A stretch of DNA of 64,000 bases from an uncultured Gemmatimonadales bacterium (GCA_963701965.1 OY969695.1:3264001-3328000), one strand, 5' to 3'; numbered from the stretch's first letter, positions 28,130 to 38,476 are shown. Program-made: numbers and translations. Notes: generated by a model not told the origin, from the sequence alone.

Positions 28130-29766
28130 GCCAACGGCAGCGCGAGCGTGAAGGTCGTGCCGACGCCGACCACGCTCGTGACGCGCAAATCCCCGCCCAT
28201 GCCCCGCGCCAGATCGCGGCTGATGGCGAGCCCCAGGCCGGTCCCCTGCTCCGACGCCGTGCATTCGAGTTGCACGAACGGCTCGAAGATCGACTCCAGC
28301 TTTTCCCACGGGATGCCCGGCCCCGTGTCCGTGACCTGCAGCAACGCGAGCGTCGGCGTGTCCGGCGGCGTGGTGCACACCAGCTCCACGTGGCCGCCGG
28401 CCGGCGTGAACTTGGCCGCGTTCCCCAGCAGGTTCGTCAGGATCTGCACCAGACGCTCGCGGTCGGCGCGGACGCGTACTCCCTGCGGCAGACGCGGCGT
28501 GAACCGAATGTGTTTTTCCCTGAACTGCGGCCCCACCAGCGACGCGATGTCGGCCACGATGTCGGCGACCCGGATGGGCACCAGCTCGTAGGCGACCTGC
28601 CCCGATTCGACGCGTGCCAGATCCAGGACGTCGTTGATGAGCCGCATCAAATGCCCGTGCGCCCGGTTCACCCGCTGCAGCGCTTCGTGTTGCGCCTCGG
28701 TGACCGGTCCGTGCACCCCCATGTCCACGAGCTGTACGTGTCCAACGATGGCGTTGAGCGGCGTGCGCAATTCGTGACTCATGGTCGCCAGAAATGCCGA
28801 CTTGGCGTGGCTCGCCGCCTCGGCCGCGGAGCGCGCCCCTTCTGCTTCGGCGCGCGCGTGCAGCTCGGCGTCGTACAGTCGGGCGCGTTCCAGCGCCAGG
28901 CTGCACTGCGCCGCGATGGCGAGCAGAAAGAGACGCTCGCTCTCACTGAACGGCCGCGGTTCGGGGAAGAGAAACGCGATGCTTCCCAGGATGCGATCGC
29001 CCACCGCGAGCGGCAGGACGGCGACCGCCTCGTGTCCATAGTCGTTGGCGATGCGCCTGAGGTGCGGATACTGGCCGAGCGCGTCGGCGATCGACGGGAT
29101 CCACTGTGCGACCCCCGTGCGCGCCGCTGTCGCCACGACCAGGCCGCTCGACAGCGACACCGTGGTGTAGTCGTCGAGCAAGCTTTGGGGGAAGGCGTGG
29201 GAGCCCGCGATCGTGAGCTTCGTGCCCGCGCGATCGATAACGTAGACTGAACCGCTCCGCGCGCCCACGGTCTCCAGCGCGTGCGTCAGAATCGTGTCCG
29301 CCACCTCGCGCGGGGTGACCGCGCCGGCCAGCGCCGCTGTTACCGACTGGAGGCGCGCCGCGCGTTCGGCGTCCCGCTCCGCCGCGGCCCGCGCTTGGAT
29401 CAACGCGGCGACATCGTTCGCGAGGTGCGCGATCCGGGACGCCGGGGCCGCGATGTCGCCCGACAGCCGGATCGCGCCAATCAGCGCGCCCCGCGAGTCG
29501 AAGACCGGCGCGTCCGTCATCCAGGCTATGAACTCGGTGCCGTCGCGGCGGCGCGCGATCATTTCCGCGGCGCGGGCCTGGGAGGATCGCATCGGCGCCC
29601 GGGCCAAGACATTCTCCCCGATCGTCTCCTCGGCCGCCCACCCATACAGCTCTTCGGCGGCACGATTCCAATAGACGATCGTGCCTTCAAGGTCCGTCGC
29701 GATGACGGCGCAGCCGAGGGCGTCCATGATGCGCGCCTCGTGCGCGATGTTCGCCGAGTTCGGCAT
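28126..29766 (-). CDS. PAS-GAF sensor histidine kinase (soluble)
   Basis: PAS ('YWNRAAEELYGW'), GAF, HisKA ('FLATMSHELRTPL') and HATPase ('NLLGNAAKFT', 'GTGLGLAIS'). Confidence 0.92.
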   Translation of the reverse strand: MPNSANIAHEARIMDALGCAVIATDLEGTIVYWNRAAEELYGWAAEETIGENVLARAPMRSSQARAAEMIARRRDGTEFIAWMTDAPVFDSRGALIGAIRLSGDIAAPASRIAHLANDVAALIQARAAAERDAERAARLQSVTAALAGAVTPREVADTILTHALETVGARSGSVYVIDRAGTKLTIAGSHAFPQSLLDDYTTVSLSSGLVVATAARTGVAQWIPSIADALGQYPHLRRIANDYGHEAVAVLPLAVGDRILGSIAFLFPEPRPFSESERLFLLAIAAQCSLALERARLYDAELHARAEAEGARSAAEAASHAKSAFLATMSHELRTPLNAIVGHVQLVDMGVHGPVTEAQHEALQRVNRAHGHLMRLINDVLDLARVESGQVAYELVPIRVADIVADIASLVGPQFREKHIRFTPRLPQGVRVRADRERLVQILTNLLGNAAKFTPAGGHVELVCTTPPDTPTLALLQVTDTGPGIPWEKLESIFEPFVQLECTASEQGTGLGLAISRDLARGMGGDLRVTSVVGVGTTFTLALPLA

Positions 29767-29797
29767 GGTACGCGACCAGCCAAATGGTCAAGGCTAC

Positions 29798-29867
29798 AGT
29801 AACGACGATGTCACTCCCAAGCGAGCACAGCGGGGCGGGTTGTAACGCCGGCGCCACGGCATGCAAC
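29798..29867 (+). promoter_or_regulatory. PhoB-box-like 11-bp repeats upstream of the T2SS operon
   Basis: GTAAC (29799) and GTCAC (29810) are 11 bp apart. GTAAC (29842), GCCAC (29853) and GCAAC (29863) form a second series. Confidence 0.35.
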
Positions 29868-29962
29868 AACGCGGTCGCGCTGTAGGGCAGACGGGGTCGA
29901 CGGCAGAGCGTGACTAGTGCGATGCGCTATGCTGCGGGGGTGTCGGAGGCTACCCAGGGGCA

Positions 29963-31240
29963 ATGACGCGAGTCGGAGTGCAGCTCGGCGCGCGGCAGGC
30001 GCGAGCCGTCGTGTTGACCGGCTGGCCGCGGCGCAGCGCGCGGGCGGTCGACGTGCCGTTCGATCCGGAGCGACCGGACGAGGCCGTCGCCGCGCTGCGC
30101 GCGCTCCTCGGCAACGTGCGGCGCATGGCGGTCGCTATCGATCTGCAGCTGCTGCGCACGAAGCGCATCACGCTGCCCGCCCTGCCGGCCGCCGAGCGGC
30201 GCAATATCGTCCGCCTCGAGCCGGACCGGTTTTTCGCGGTGCGGGGTGAGGAGATCGTGCCCGCCGTGCGGGCCGAGGATGGGCTCGTGTTCGCGGTCAC
30301 TGCGGCCCGGGTCGAGCGTTGGGTTGCGGCGCTCGAGCAGATCGCCCCGGTCGATGTCGTGGAGCCGACGCCGGTGGCATTGGCGCGGGCGCTGGCCACC
30401 GCCTCAACCACGGATGCCGTCGTATTGTTTGATGGAGCGGATGCCGGCATCGCGGTCGCCGAGATCCGGCAGGGGCGCGTGACGCGAGCCCGGCGCCTGT
30501 TCGGCGGTGCCACGCTCGCGGCCCGTGCGGTGGCCGAGGATCGTATCCCAGGCGATGCCACGCGCCTCTATTGCGATCCGTGGACCGAGGACACGCAAGC
30601 GACCGCCGCCGAGGTGTGGCCCGGCGGGGCGTGCGCGCCCGTGCCGGGGGTCGGCGGTGTGGCCGGCGCCTACGCGGCGGCCTACGGCGCGGCGCTCGCC
30701 ATCGAGAGTCCGCCGCCGGTCGCCGAGACTCTGGTATCGGCCACGCACGGCGCGGCGATTCAGCGGCGCCGTTTCCGCGATATGGCGGTGGCCGTCGCCG
30801 CCTGTGCGACCGCCTGCCTGTTCGCCTTGTCGTCACTCGACAGCCGGCGCGAGCGCGAGGCGCGCGACTTGGAGGCGGCGACGGCCGCGCTGGCGTCGCG
30901 CGCCGCGCCGGCGCTGGCACTGCAGACCGAGCTCGCCAGTCTGGCGCGGCGCGGTACGGCCATGCGGGCCATCGACGCCGAGCGATCCGACCCGCTCCGC
31001 GTGCTGCGCGCGTTGTCGGCCAAGCTGCCACCGGGCGCCTTTGTGCGCGGCGTCCGCGGCACGAGCGCCGGTTGGCAGGTCGATGGCTACGCGCCCAACG
31101 CGTCGGCGGTGATCACCGCGCTGGGCGCCGACGCCGAATTTCGCGACGTGCATTTTCTGGCTGGCACCACCCGGAATCAGATCGGCAACCGTCCGTATGA
31201 AAGCTTCGCCCTCGCTTTTCGATTCGTTCCAGCGCCTTAA
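29963..31240 (+). CDS. gspL: Type II secretion GspL-like / PilN-domain protein
   Basis: First gene of the T2SS operon; cytoplasmic domain, single TM, coiled coil, PilN-like C-terminus ('LSAKLPPGAFV...GYAPNAS'). Confidence 0.65.
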   Translation: MTRVGVQLGARQARAVVLTGWPRRSARAVDVPFDPERPDEAVAALRALLGNVRRMAVAIDLQLLRTKRITLPALPAAERRNIVRLEPDRFFAVRGEEIVPAVRAEDGLVFAVTAARVERWVAALEQIAPVDVVEPTPVALARALATASTTDAVVLFDGADAGIAVAEIRQGRVTRARRLFGGATLAARAVAEDRIPGDATRLYCDPWTEDTQATAAEVWPGGACAPVPGVGGVAGAYAAAYGAALAIESPPPVAETLVSATHGAAIQRRRFRDMAVAVAACATACLFALSSLDSRREREARDLEAATAALASRAAPALALQTELASLARRGTAMRAIDAERSDPLRVLRALSAKLPPGAFVRGVRGTSAGWQVDGYAPNASAVITALGADAEFRDVHFLAGTTRNQIGNRPYESFALAFRFVPAP

Positions 31241-32009
31241 GCCGCGCGAGCAACGCGTGGTTGCCGGCGGGGCGGTCGTCAGCGTGGTGCTGATGATCGC
31301 CGTCTGGGTCGTGCTGCCGTTCGCCCAGCACTGGGCGAGCCGGTCGGCGCAGCTGGCCGAGGCCCGGGCCCATTGGGCGCGCTTGTCGGCGCTCGTCGCC
31401 AACACCGGCCGTCTCAACCGGACCCTCGATCTCGCCCGGCAGTCATCGGGATCCGACCAAGACCGCCTCATCACCGGTGCCACTCCGGCCCTCGCCGCCT
31501 CGGCGCTCCAGAGTCTCGTGCAGCGCTACGCCGGTGAGACGGCCGTTCAACTGGAGCGCGTGGACGCCGCTGGCGAGCCCCATCCCGACAAACCCGGGCT
31601 CCTCGCCATCCCCGTCCAGTTGCAGGCCCGGGGCGATCTCTATGGTCTCGTCGATTTCCTGAGCCGCCTCGAGCACGGCGGCCCCTTGGTGGTCATCGAC
31701 GAGCTCAATGTGAGCGCCGGTCTCGATGCCGGCGACGACGAGGCGCGCGTGACCGCGGTCGCCGACGCGCCGCGGCAATCGCTCATGTGGACCCTGCGAT
31801 TGCACGCCCTCTACGAGGGCAGCGCCGCGACGAACGGGGACACCGGTCGCGCCGACGAGAGCAATGTCGACGCCGGCCGCGCCGGCGCGAGCAACGTCGA
31901 CGTCAGCCCACGCGACGCGAATCCGCCGCAAGTCAGCCAGATCGAGGCCAGCCAACCCGCGCCGCCCGCCGCCACTCAAACGCCGGTCCCGTGGAAGCGC
32001 GCCCAATGA
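31197..32009 (+). CDS. gspM: Type II secretion protein GspM
   Basis: 'LKPREQRVV' followed by a TM; 'ASALQSLV', 'LVDFLSRLE...LVVIDEL'; low-complexity C-terminal tail. Confidence 0.7.
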   Translation: MKASPSLFDSFQRLKPREQRVVAGGAVVSVVLMIAVWVVLPFAQHWASRSAQLAEARAHWARLSALVANTGRLNRTLDLARQSSGSDQDRLITGATPALAASALQSLVQRYAGETAVQLERVDAAGEPHPDKPGLLAIPVQLQARGDLYGLVDFLSRLEHGGPLVVIDELNVSAGLDAGDDEARVTAVADAPRQSLMWTLRLHALYEGSAATNGDTGRADESNVDAGRAGASNVDVSPRDANPPQVSQIEASQPAPPAATQTPVPWKRAQ

Positions 32010-32596
32010 ACGCCGCGCGCCGGTTTTTCAAACGCCCATTGTTCCCGCGAGCGCTGCTCCCGCGCACGCTACACCCGCGCACGCTCGTCACGCGCGCGGC
32101 ATTGACGCACACGCTCTACGGCGCCGCCGCACTTTTCGCGGCCGTTGGCCTGATGCTCCGTCTGACGCCAATCCCCCGGCCCCGCGTGCCTCAACCCGAC
32201 GTCCGCGACGGCGACCTCCCGGTCACCCGCCACGTACAGACGGCCGCCGCCGGCGGCATTACCCCCAACGGATCCGATCCGATCATCAACGCCAACATTT
32301 TCGCGCGCTCCCGCGTCGCACCGATCCGCGCGGGCGCCGTTCCCCACGCCGACCACAAGCCCGCCACCCCCACCGTCCACGAGCCGACCTTTGCGCTCTT
32401 CGGCACGACCATCGGCCCCCGCGGCGCGGTCGCGTTGATCTCGGCCGGCGGCGCTCCAGGCGGCCACGTCCACGCTATCGGCGATATCATAGATGGCGCC
32501 CGCCTCGTCGCCATCACCGACTCGACCGTCACGCTGGAACGCGGCGGCAAGCCGTTCTCGCTGCACGTGCCGCGCATCGTGCGCCAGCAACCGTGA
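32006..32596 (+). CDS. Putative GspC-like T2SS protein
   Basis: Single TM, Pro-rich linker, 'NIF' motif and HR-like domain ('LFGT...ALI...IGDII.GARLVAIT...VTLE.GG'); lies between gspM and gspD with 4-nt overlaps. Confidence 0.6.
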   Translation: MNAARRFFKRPLFPRALLPRTLHPRTLVTRAALTHTLYGAAALFAAVGLMLRLTPIPRPRVPQPDVRDGDLPVTRHVQTAAAGGITPNGSDPIINANIFARSRVAPIRAGAVPHADHKPATPTVHEPTFALFGTTIGPRGAVALISAGGAPGGHVHAIGDIIDGARLVAITDSTVTLERGGKPFSLHVPRIVRQQP

Positions 32597-34422
32597 CGCG
32601 CCGCGAGACGATAGCCACCCTCGCGCTCGCCGCCTTGCTCACCGCGCCGGCGCGCGCGCAGTCCGCCGCGACGGCCACCAACGTCGCGTCCCCCTCGACG
32701 CTGCGGATCAATTTCGTGAACGCCGACCTGAGCGACGTAATCCGGTCGCTCAGCATCGCCCTTGGCGTCAACGTCGTCCTGACCGACGTGCCGGCCCGCC
32801 GCATCACGTTCCAGATCCCGGACCCCGTTCCCGCCACACAAGCCGGCGCCGTCCTGGAGAGCATTTTGGCCGGCCAGGGCTTGGTGCTCGTCCAGAATGG
32901 TCCGGTGGACGAGGTGGTGTCCGACGACAAGCGTCCGACGAGTGGTCCGGTGCGCGTCGGCAAGGCGTTTCCCGATCCGCCGCCCTTGGGCCTCGTCACG
33001 CAGATCGTGCCGCTCGAGTTCATGCGCGCCGACGAAGCGCTCCCGCTCGTGCGTGGCATCGCGTCCAAGCAGGCCCGGGTCGAAGTCGTGCCGCGGTCGA
33101 ACGCGATCCTCATGACCGATCGCGGCGTGTTCGTCGCGCGCTATCTCGACCTGCTCAAACAACTCGACGTCAAGGCCGGGGGCGAGTCGGGGCTCGCGAC
33201 CTTCGTGTACCCCCTCAAGCACGCGAATGCCGGCGAGCTGGCGACGACGCTGGGGTCCGTCTTCGGCGTCACCGTCGTCGCGCCGCAGGCGCCGGCGCGG
33301 GTGCAGGCCCTGGAGGGGCACAACCTGTCGTCGGCGCTCCAAGGGCTGCAGTCCCGCCAGCTCGAGTCCATGCAGCAGCGGCCGCAGATCCCGGTCGAGC
33401 CACCGACGACGGTCACGCCGGTCTCGGCGGACAGCGCGCCGAATCGCGGCCCGAACGGCAACGCGTCGGGTGGCACGACGATCGTGCCGGATCAAGCCAC
33501 CAACTCGCTCATCATTCGGACCTCGCCGCCCAACTATCAGGTGCTCGTGAGCACGATCGAGCAGCTCGACACCCGGCCGGCCCAGGTGCTGTTGGAGGTC
33601 CTGATCGCTGAAGTGACGCTCGACAAGTCGAGCCAGTTCGGCGTGAACTGGAGCTTCTTTTCATCCAAGGGGTTCAGCGGCACGGACAGCACGCGTGGCA
33701 TTTTCGCCGGCCTCGGGCCTCAGATACCGGATTCGGCGCTGCACTCGATCCCCGGCTTGGCGGCGCGGGTGGTGAGCATTGGCTCCGTCAACGTGCGCGC
33801 CGTGCTGCAGGCGGTGGCTTCGCGCACCAACGTACGGGTGTTGTCGGCCCCGCGCGTGATGGCGCTCAACAACGAAAAGGCGCGCATCCTGGTGGGCAGC
33901 CAGGTGCCGTTCACGTCGGCCAGCTTGACGAGCCTGAACTCCATCGTCGATCAGGTGGTTCAGTATCAGAACGTCGGCACGCAGCTCACGATCTTGCCGA
34001 CGATCAATAACGACGGGTATGTCACGTTCCGGCTGCTGCAAGAGGTCAGCGAGCTGTCCTCGCAGACGATCGCGGCCGCCCAGAATTCGCCGATCATCAC
34101 GACGCGGGAGGCCGAGACGAGCGCGATCGTGAAGACGGGGCACAGCGTAGTCATTGGCGGACTGATCGGCGAGATGAAGAGCGACATGGAAACCGGCGTG
34201 CCGATACTCAAGGACATTCCGCTGCTCGGCAACTTGTTCAAGACCAAAACGAAGGATCACACGCGGACCGAATTGGCGATTTTCTTGACGCCGTATGTCG
34301 TCACCAACGACGACCAGTCCGATTCCTTGCTCGACAGCGAAAATCGCAAGCTCGAGATCATGGGTCCGCAGATCGACAGCGTACTCACGGACTCGGCGTC
34401 CCACCGGTACCACAAGCCATGA
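32593..34422 (+). CDS. gspD: Type II secretion secretin GspD
   Basis: GTG start and signal peptide; N0 'INFVNADL'; 'DQATNSLII'; 'QVLLEVLIAEV'; 'GVPILKDIPLLGNLFK'; 'ELAIFLTP'. Confidence 0.92.
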   Translation: MTRRETIATLALAALLTAPARAQSAATATNVASPSTLRINFVNADLSDVIRSLSIALGVNVVLTDVPARRITFQIPDPVPATQAGAVLESILAGQGLVLVQNGPVDEVVSDDKRPTSGPVRVGKAFPDPPPLGLVTQIVPLEFMRADEALPLVRGIASKQARVEVVPRSNAILMTDRGVFVARYLDLLKQLDVKAGGESGLATFVYPLKHANAGELATTLGSVFGVTVVAPQAPARVQALEGHNLSSALQGLQSRQLESMQQRPQIPVEPPTTVTPVSADSAPNRGPNGNASGGTTIVPDQATNSLIIRTSPPNYQVLVSTIEQLDTRPAQVLLEVLIAEVTLDKSSQFGVNWSFFSSKGFSGTDSTRGIFAGLGPQIPDSALHSIPGLAARVVSIGSVNVRAVLQAVASRTNVRVLSAPRVMALNNEKARILVGSQVPFTSASLTSLNSIVDQVVQYQNVGTQLTILPTINNDGYVTFRLLQEVSELSSQTIAAAQNSPIITTREAETSAIVKTGHSVVIGGLIGEMKSDMETGVPILKDIPLLGNLFKTKTKDHTRTELAIFLTPYVVTNDDQSDSLLDSENRKLEIMGPQIDSVLTDSASHRYHKP

Positions 34423-35921
34423 GCAACGATCTCCGCGCCGGCGCCGCCGGCACGCTGGCGCGGCGACTCTCGCCCAAGTATCTCGACGAGCATTGCCTCA
34501 TCCCGCTCTCGATCACGGCCGGCGACGAGCTCCTGGTGGCGGCCGGCGCGCCGCTCGATCCGACGGTGATCGACGAGCTGGCGTGGACGTACGAGCGGCC
34601 GGTGCGCGTGATCGAGGCGCCCGCGGCCGAAATCCACGCCGCCGTGATGTCCGCGCAGTCGGATGCGCCGGTCGAGAGTGACGGGCGGGACGTCGAGCTG
34701 GTGGCCGAGGATGAGGCCAACATCGATGATTTGCGGGCGCTGGCGAATCAGACGCCCGTGATCAAGCTGGTGAACCTCATCGTGCTGGAGGCGCTCCGGG
34801 CCCGGGCGAGCGACATCCACCTCGAGGCCGAAGCCGACGGGCTGCGGGTGCGCTACCGTATAGACGGCGTCCTGCAGGAGATGGCCAATCCTCCCCGGCA
34901 GTATCAGGCCGCCGTGATCAGCCGCGTCAAGATCATGGCCGCGCTCAACATCGCCGAGCGGCGCCAGGCCCAGGACGGGCGCATTCGTCTCCGGCTCTCC
35001 GACCGCGACCTCGATCTTCGTGTCTCGATCACGCCGACGCTGCACGGCGAGAGCGTGGTGCTGCGCATCCTCGATCGTGGCGTCGGCGTTCGAACATTGC
35101 GGGATCTCGGGTTGCCGTCGAGGGTCCTCGACGAGTTCGAGGAGTTGATCCGGCAGCCGCACGGCATCGTGTTGGTAACGGGGCCGACCGGATCGGGGAA
35201 GACCACGACGTTGTACGGGGCCATCGACCGGCTCAACCAGCCGGGTGTCAAGATCGTGACGGTTGAAGATCCGGTAGAGTATCAGATCGCCGGCGTGAGC
35301 CAGATCGCGGTCAACACCAAGACCGGGCTCACCTTCGCGGCGGCCTTGCGCTCCATCCTGCGGCATGACCCCAATGTCATCATGGTGGGCGAGATGCGCG
35401 ATCGGGAGGCCGCGCAGATCGCGATTCAGGCAGCGCTCACCGGGCACCTGGTGTTCTCCACCTTGCACACCAATGATGCGCCGTCCGGGGTGACGCGCAT
35501 GGTGGACATGGGCGTCGAGCCGTATCTCGTCGCCGCCACGGTACTCGGCATCGTGGCGCAGCGGCTCGTGCGCGTCATCTGTGACGATTGCGCCGAGGAA
35601 GTGCAGCCGTCGGACGACGTATTGGCGCGGATTGCGGCAGGGCAGACCACCATCGAGTCGCCCCGGTTTCGGCGGGGGCGCGGGTGTGAGCAGTGTAGCG
35701 GCACCGGCTATCGCGGCCGCACGGGCTTGTACGAGCTCATGCCAATGACGCCCGGGTTGCGCAATGCCGTGGTCCGGCAAGCCCCCTTGTCCGAGCTGCG
35801 CGCGCTGGCGGGCGCGCGGGGCATGGCCTCGTTGCGCGGCGCCGGGTGGGAGAAGGCGTGCCAGGGGATCACCACGGTGGAAGAGATCCTCCGCGCCACC
35901 CGGGACGAAGGGCAAGAGTGA
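34419..35921 (+). CDS. gspE: Type II secretion ATPase GspE
   Basis: 'ASDIHLE', Walker A 'GPTGSGKTT', 'TVEDPVEY', 'GEMRD', 'STLHTND', two CxxC. Confidence 0.95.
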   Translation: MSNDLRAGAAGTLARRLSPKYLDEHCLIPLSITAGDELLVAAGAPLDPTVIDELAWTYERPVRVIEAPAAEIHAAVMSAQSDAPVESDGRDVELVAEDEANIDDLRALANQTPVIKLVNLIVLEALRARASDIHLEAEADGLRVRYRIDGVLQEMANPPRQYQAAVISRVKIMAALNIAERRQAQDGRIRLRLSDRDLDLRVSITPTLHGESVVLRILDRGVGVRTLRDLGLPSRVLDEFEELIRQPHGIVLVTGPTGSGKTTTLYGAIDRLNQPGVKIVTVEDPVEYQIAGVSQIAVNTKTGLTFAAALRSILRHDPNVIMVGEMRDREAAQIAIQAALTGHLVFSTLHTNDAPSGVTRMVDMGVEPYLVAATVLGIVAQRLVRVICDDCAEEVQPSDDVLARIAAGQTTIESPRFRRGRGCEQCSGTGYRGRTGLYELMPMTPGLRNAVVRQAPLSELRALAGARGMASLRGAGWEKACQGITTVEEILRATRDEGQE

Positions 35922-37120
35922 GCCCGGCCGGCCAGTTCCGCTATCGGGCGTCGACGCCCGACGGCCAGATCGTCGAGGGGGTCATGCACGCCGCCTCGCG
36001 GGAATCGGTGCTGGACGGCCTCCGCCGGCAACAGCTCTATCCGGTGCGTGTCGACGACGCGCCGGTCCCGGCCGCGTCGTCGGCCGGCCGGCGTCTGAGC
36101 CGCCACGCCGCCGTGGTCCTCTGGACGCGCAACACCGCGACCTTGTTGGCCGCCGGTGTGCCGCTCGACCGCGCGCTGGGATTCACGGCGCAGCACGCGG
36201 GACACGAGGGCCTCGCCGAGGCGGTCCGCGACGTGCGGCGCGCGGTGCAGGGAGGCGCGACGCTGGCCAATGCCTTCAACCGACAACCGCGCTACTTCGA
36301 CGCGCTCTTCTCGGTGATGGTCTCGGCTGGCGAAGCCAGTGGGGCGCTCAATGCCGTGTTCGCGCAACTGTCGGAGCAGTTGGAGGAGAGCGCGGCGCTC
36401 ACTTCCCAGGTGCGCTCGACGCTGCTCTACCCGGCCTTGATGGCGGTCGTGGCGGTCGTCGGCCTCGTCGTGCTCCTCGGTTTCGTGATCCCGCGGTTCG
36501 CGACGGTATTGGCCGATATGGGCGGTACGCTCCCGTTCAGCACGCGGCTCTTGCTCGCGATCAGCCATGTGCTGACCGCGTGGTGGTGGTTGTGGCTCGC
36601 GCTGGTCGTCGGCGCCATCGCCGCCGTGCCGCGCGTGCTGGCCCGTCCCGGGGTCCTCCTCCGTTGGCATCGCGCCCGGCTCGGCTGGCCGGTCGTCGGC
36701 GACATCGAGCGGAAGTACTCGACGGCGCGCGTGGCGCGCACGCTCGGCCTCCTCCTCAAGAGCGGCGTCTCGGCGCTGCCCGCGCTCAAGCTCGCGCGGG
36801 CCTCGGCCACCAACCTCGTCGTCCGCGAGGGCATCGATCGCGCGGCCACCGCGCTGGCGGAAGGGAGCGCGCTGGCGCCCGCGTTGACGGGTACGCTCCC
36901 GCCGCTCGCCGTGCAGATGTTGGCGGTCGGAGAAGAAAGCGGGCGACTCGATGAGCTGTGCCTCAAAGTCGCCGCCAGCTACGACGTCGAAGTCCGCCAG
37001 GCGATGCGCACGGCCGTCACGCTGATCGAACCCGTGTTGATCCTCACGTTCGGCGCCCTGGTCGGCTTCGTGGCGCTCGCCATGCTGCAGGCGATCTACG
37101 GGATCGATCTCAAAGGTTAG
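35918..37120 (+). CDS. gspF: Type II secretion inner-membrane platform GspF
   Basis: Two T2SSF repeats ('AGVPL', 'GEASGAL', 'LLYP', 'GEESGRL', 'LIEP'). Confidence 0.93.
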   Translation: MSPAGQFRYRASTPDGQIVEGVMHAASRESVLDGLRRQQLYPVRVDDAPVPAASSAGRRLSRHAAVVLWTRNTATLLAAGVPLDRALGFTAQHAGHEGLAEAVRDVRRAVQGGATLANAFNRQPRYFDALFSVMVSAGEASGALNAVFAQLSEQLEESAALTSQVRSTLLYPALMAVVAVVGLVVLLGFVIPRFATVLADMGGTLPFSTRLLLAISHVLTAWWWLWLALVVGAIAAVPRVLARPGVLLRWHRARLGWPVVGDIERKYSTARVARTLGLLLKSGVSALPALKLARASATNLVVREGIDRAATALAEGSALAPALTGTLPPLAVQMLAVGEESGRLDELCLKVAASYDVEVRQAMRTAVTLIEPVLILTFGALVGFVALAMLQAIYGIDLKG

Positions 37121-37176
37121 CCCAAAGGATCTTAGCGACGCTACGCGTCGCACGATCCCGGATCGGTGGGACGGAC

Positions 37177-37306
37177 CTCGCCTCACGATCTCGCCTCACG
37201 ATCTCGCCTCACGATCTCGCCTCACGATCTCGCCTCACGATCTCGCCTCACGATCTCGCCTCACGATCTCGCCTCACGATCTCGCCTCACGACCTCGCCT
37301 AGCGAT
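37177..37306. repeat. 13-bp tandem repeat (CTCGCCTCACGAT), 9 copies plus one degenerate copy
   Basis: Counted directly: eight perfect units 37177-37280, a ninth with one mismatch, and a tenth degenerate unit overlapping the gspK stop. Confidence 0.95.
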
Positions 37307-38123
37307 CCCGCTCTTCCCAGCTTTGCAGCGACATCGTGCCGCCGAGGACAAAGTAGACGGCTTGAATCTCGTGCGTGAGCGGCGAGCCCCGTTGCCACCC
37401 GCGACTCACGATCATGATCCGCGACGGCGCGATCGTCAGCAGGCTGCCATCCAGTGACGCGACGCCCGGCGCCCGGAACGCATCGACCGATGCGATCACC
37501 TCGCCCGCCTCACGCCGGGCGACGATCGCCCCGGCCTTGCCCGGCCCGATGCCGGGGATCGACGCCAACACCGCTTCCGGCGCCGAGTTCAGGTTGACGA
37601 GCCCATCGCTCCCGACCGTGACGTATGGGGCGACCGCCAGCGCCAGCGCGTCGTCGGATCCCGGCACGCGCGCCAGCTCGCCGTACCGCGTGATAGGCGT
37701 CCGCCGGAGCCCATCGACAATGGTGCTGGCCCGCCCGGCCGGCACGAACCGCGTGAACAGCGCGCGCAATGCCGCCGAATCGTGGGCCAGGTCGAGCCGG
37801 GAGTTGAGGTCGACGACCGCGACCGCATACTGCCCGTTGCCCGACGAGCCATCGGCGGGTCGGCGGCCGAGCGTGTCCAAACGTCGTGCCCGGGTCGCCA
37901 GGTCTTCCGGCTCGGGCGCCGAGGCGACGAGCGTCTCCAGCGCCGAGCTGGTCGCCAGAATCCCACTCTCGGCCGCGTAGCGCGCCACCGCCCGCGCTTT
38001 GAGCGTGGCGACGATGCCCGACTCCGTGCGCGCGCGCGTCAGGAGATCGGTGACCACCAATCCCAGGATCACCAGGATCCAGAGCACGAAGATGAGCGCC
38101 ACTCCGCGCCGCGGCCGCGTCAC
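37299..38123 (-). CDS. gspK: Type II secretion minor pseudopilin GspK
   Basis: 'RRGVALIFVLWIL', 'YAAESG', 'VNLNSAPEAVLASIPGIG' HhH-like motif. Confidence 0.85.
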   Translation of the reverse strand: MTRPRRGVALIFVLWILVILGLVVTDLLTRARTESGIVATLKARAVARYAAESGILATSSALETLVASAPEPEDLATRARRLDTLGRRPADGSSGNGQYAVAVVDLNSRLDLAHDSAALRALFTRFVPAGRASTIVDGLRRTPITRYGELARVPGSDDALALAVAPYVTVGSDGLVNLNSAPEAVLASIPGIGPGKAGAIVARREAGEVIASVDAFRAPGVASLDGSLLTIAPSRIMIVSRGWQRGSPLTHEIQAVYFVLGGTMSLQSWEERDR

Positions 38124-38476
38124 CACCGCTCCCCGCCGTTGCGATCGATACGCGCCAACCGGTCCAGATCGAATCGCGCCCCACCGGGGAGGATCACGGA
38201 GACCGTCACTGTCTCGAACCCCTTGACCGCCGCCGGCCGGCGCGTGATCTGCCGGTGGAACCCGCCGGGCAACACTTCGCCCGGCGGCCCCCGCAACGTC
38301 GTGCTCCCCATCTTGGCCAACTCCATCCCATCCTCGGCGTAGGCCACGGCCTCCGACCACGTGCGGGCGTTGTCGACCACCTGGTGGCTCATGTGCGTCA
38401 GCTCGAGCGCGCCGAGCCCCACGAGGCTCAACACCACGAGCGCGACCATGACCTCGAGCAGTATGAGTCCCCTCAT
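38120..38476 (-). CDS. gspI: Minor pseudopilin, GspI-like
   Basis: Class III signal 'MRG/LILLEVMVAL'; about 118 aa; 4-nt overlaps on both sides. Confidence 0.7.
   Translation of the reverse strand: MRGLILLEVMVALVVLSLVGLGALELTHMSHQVVDNARTWSEAVAYAEDGMELAKMGSTTLRGPPGEVLPGGFHRQITRRPAAVKGFETVTVSVILPGGARFDLDRLARIDRNGGERW

Noticed and set aside
37177..37306. Repeat array as a possible CRISPR or as the small ORFs listed over it
   Set aside because: The units are contiguous 13-mers with no spacers and no cas genes nearby; the ORFs are just translations of the repeat.
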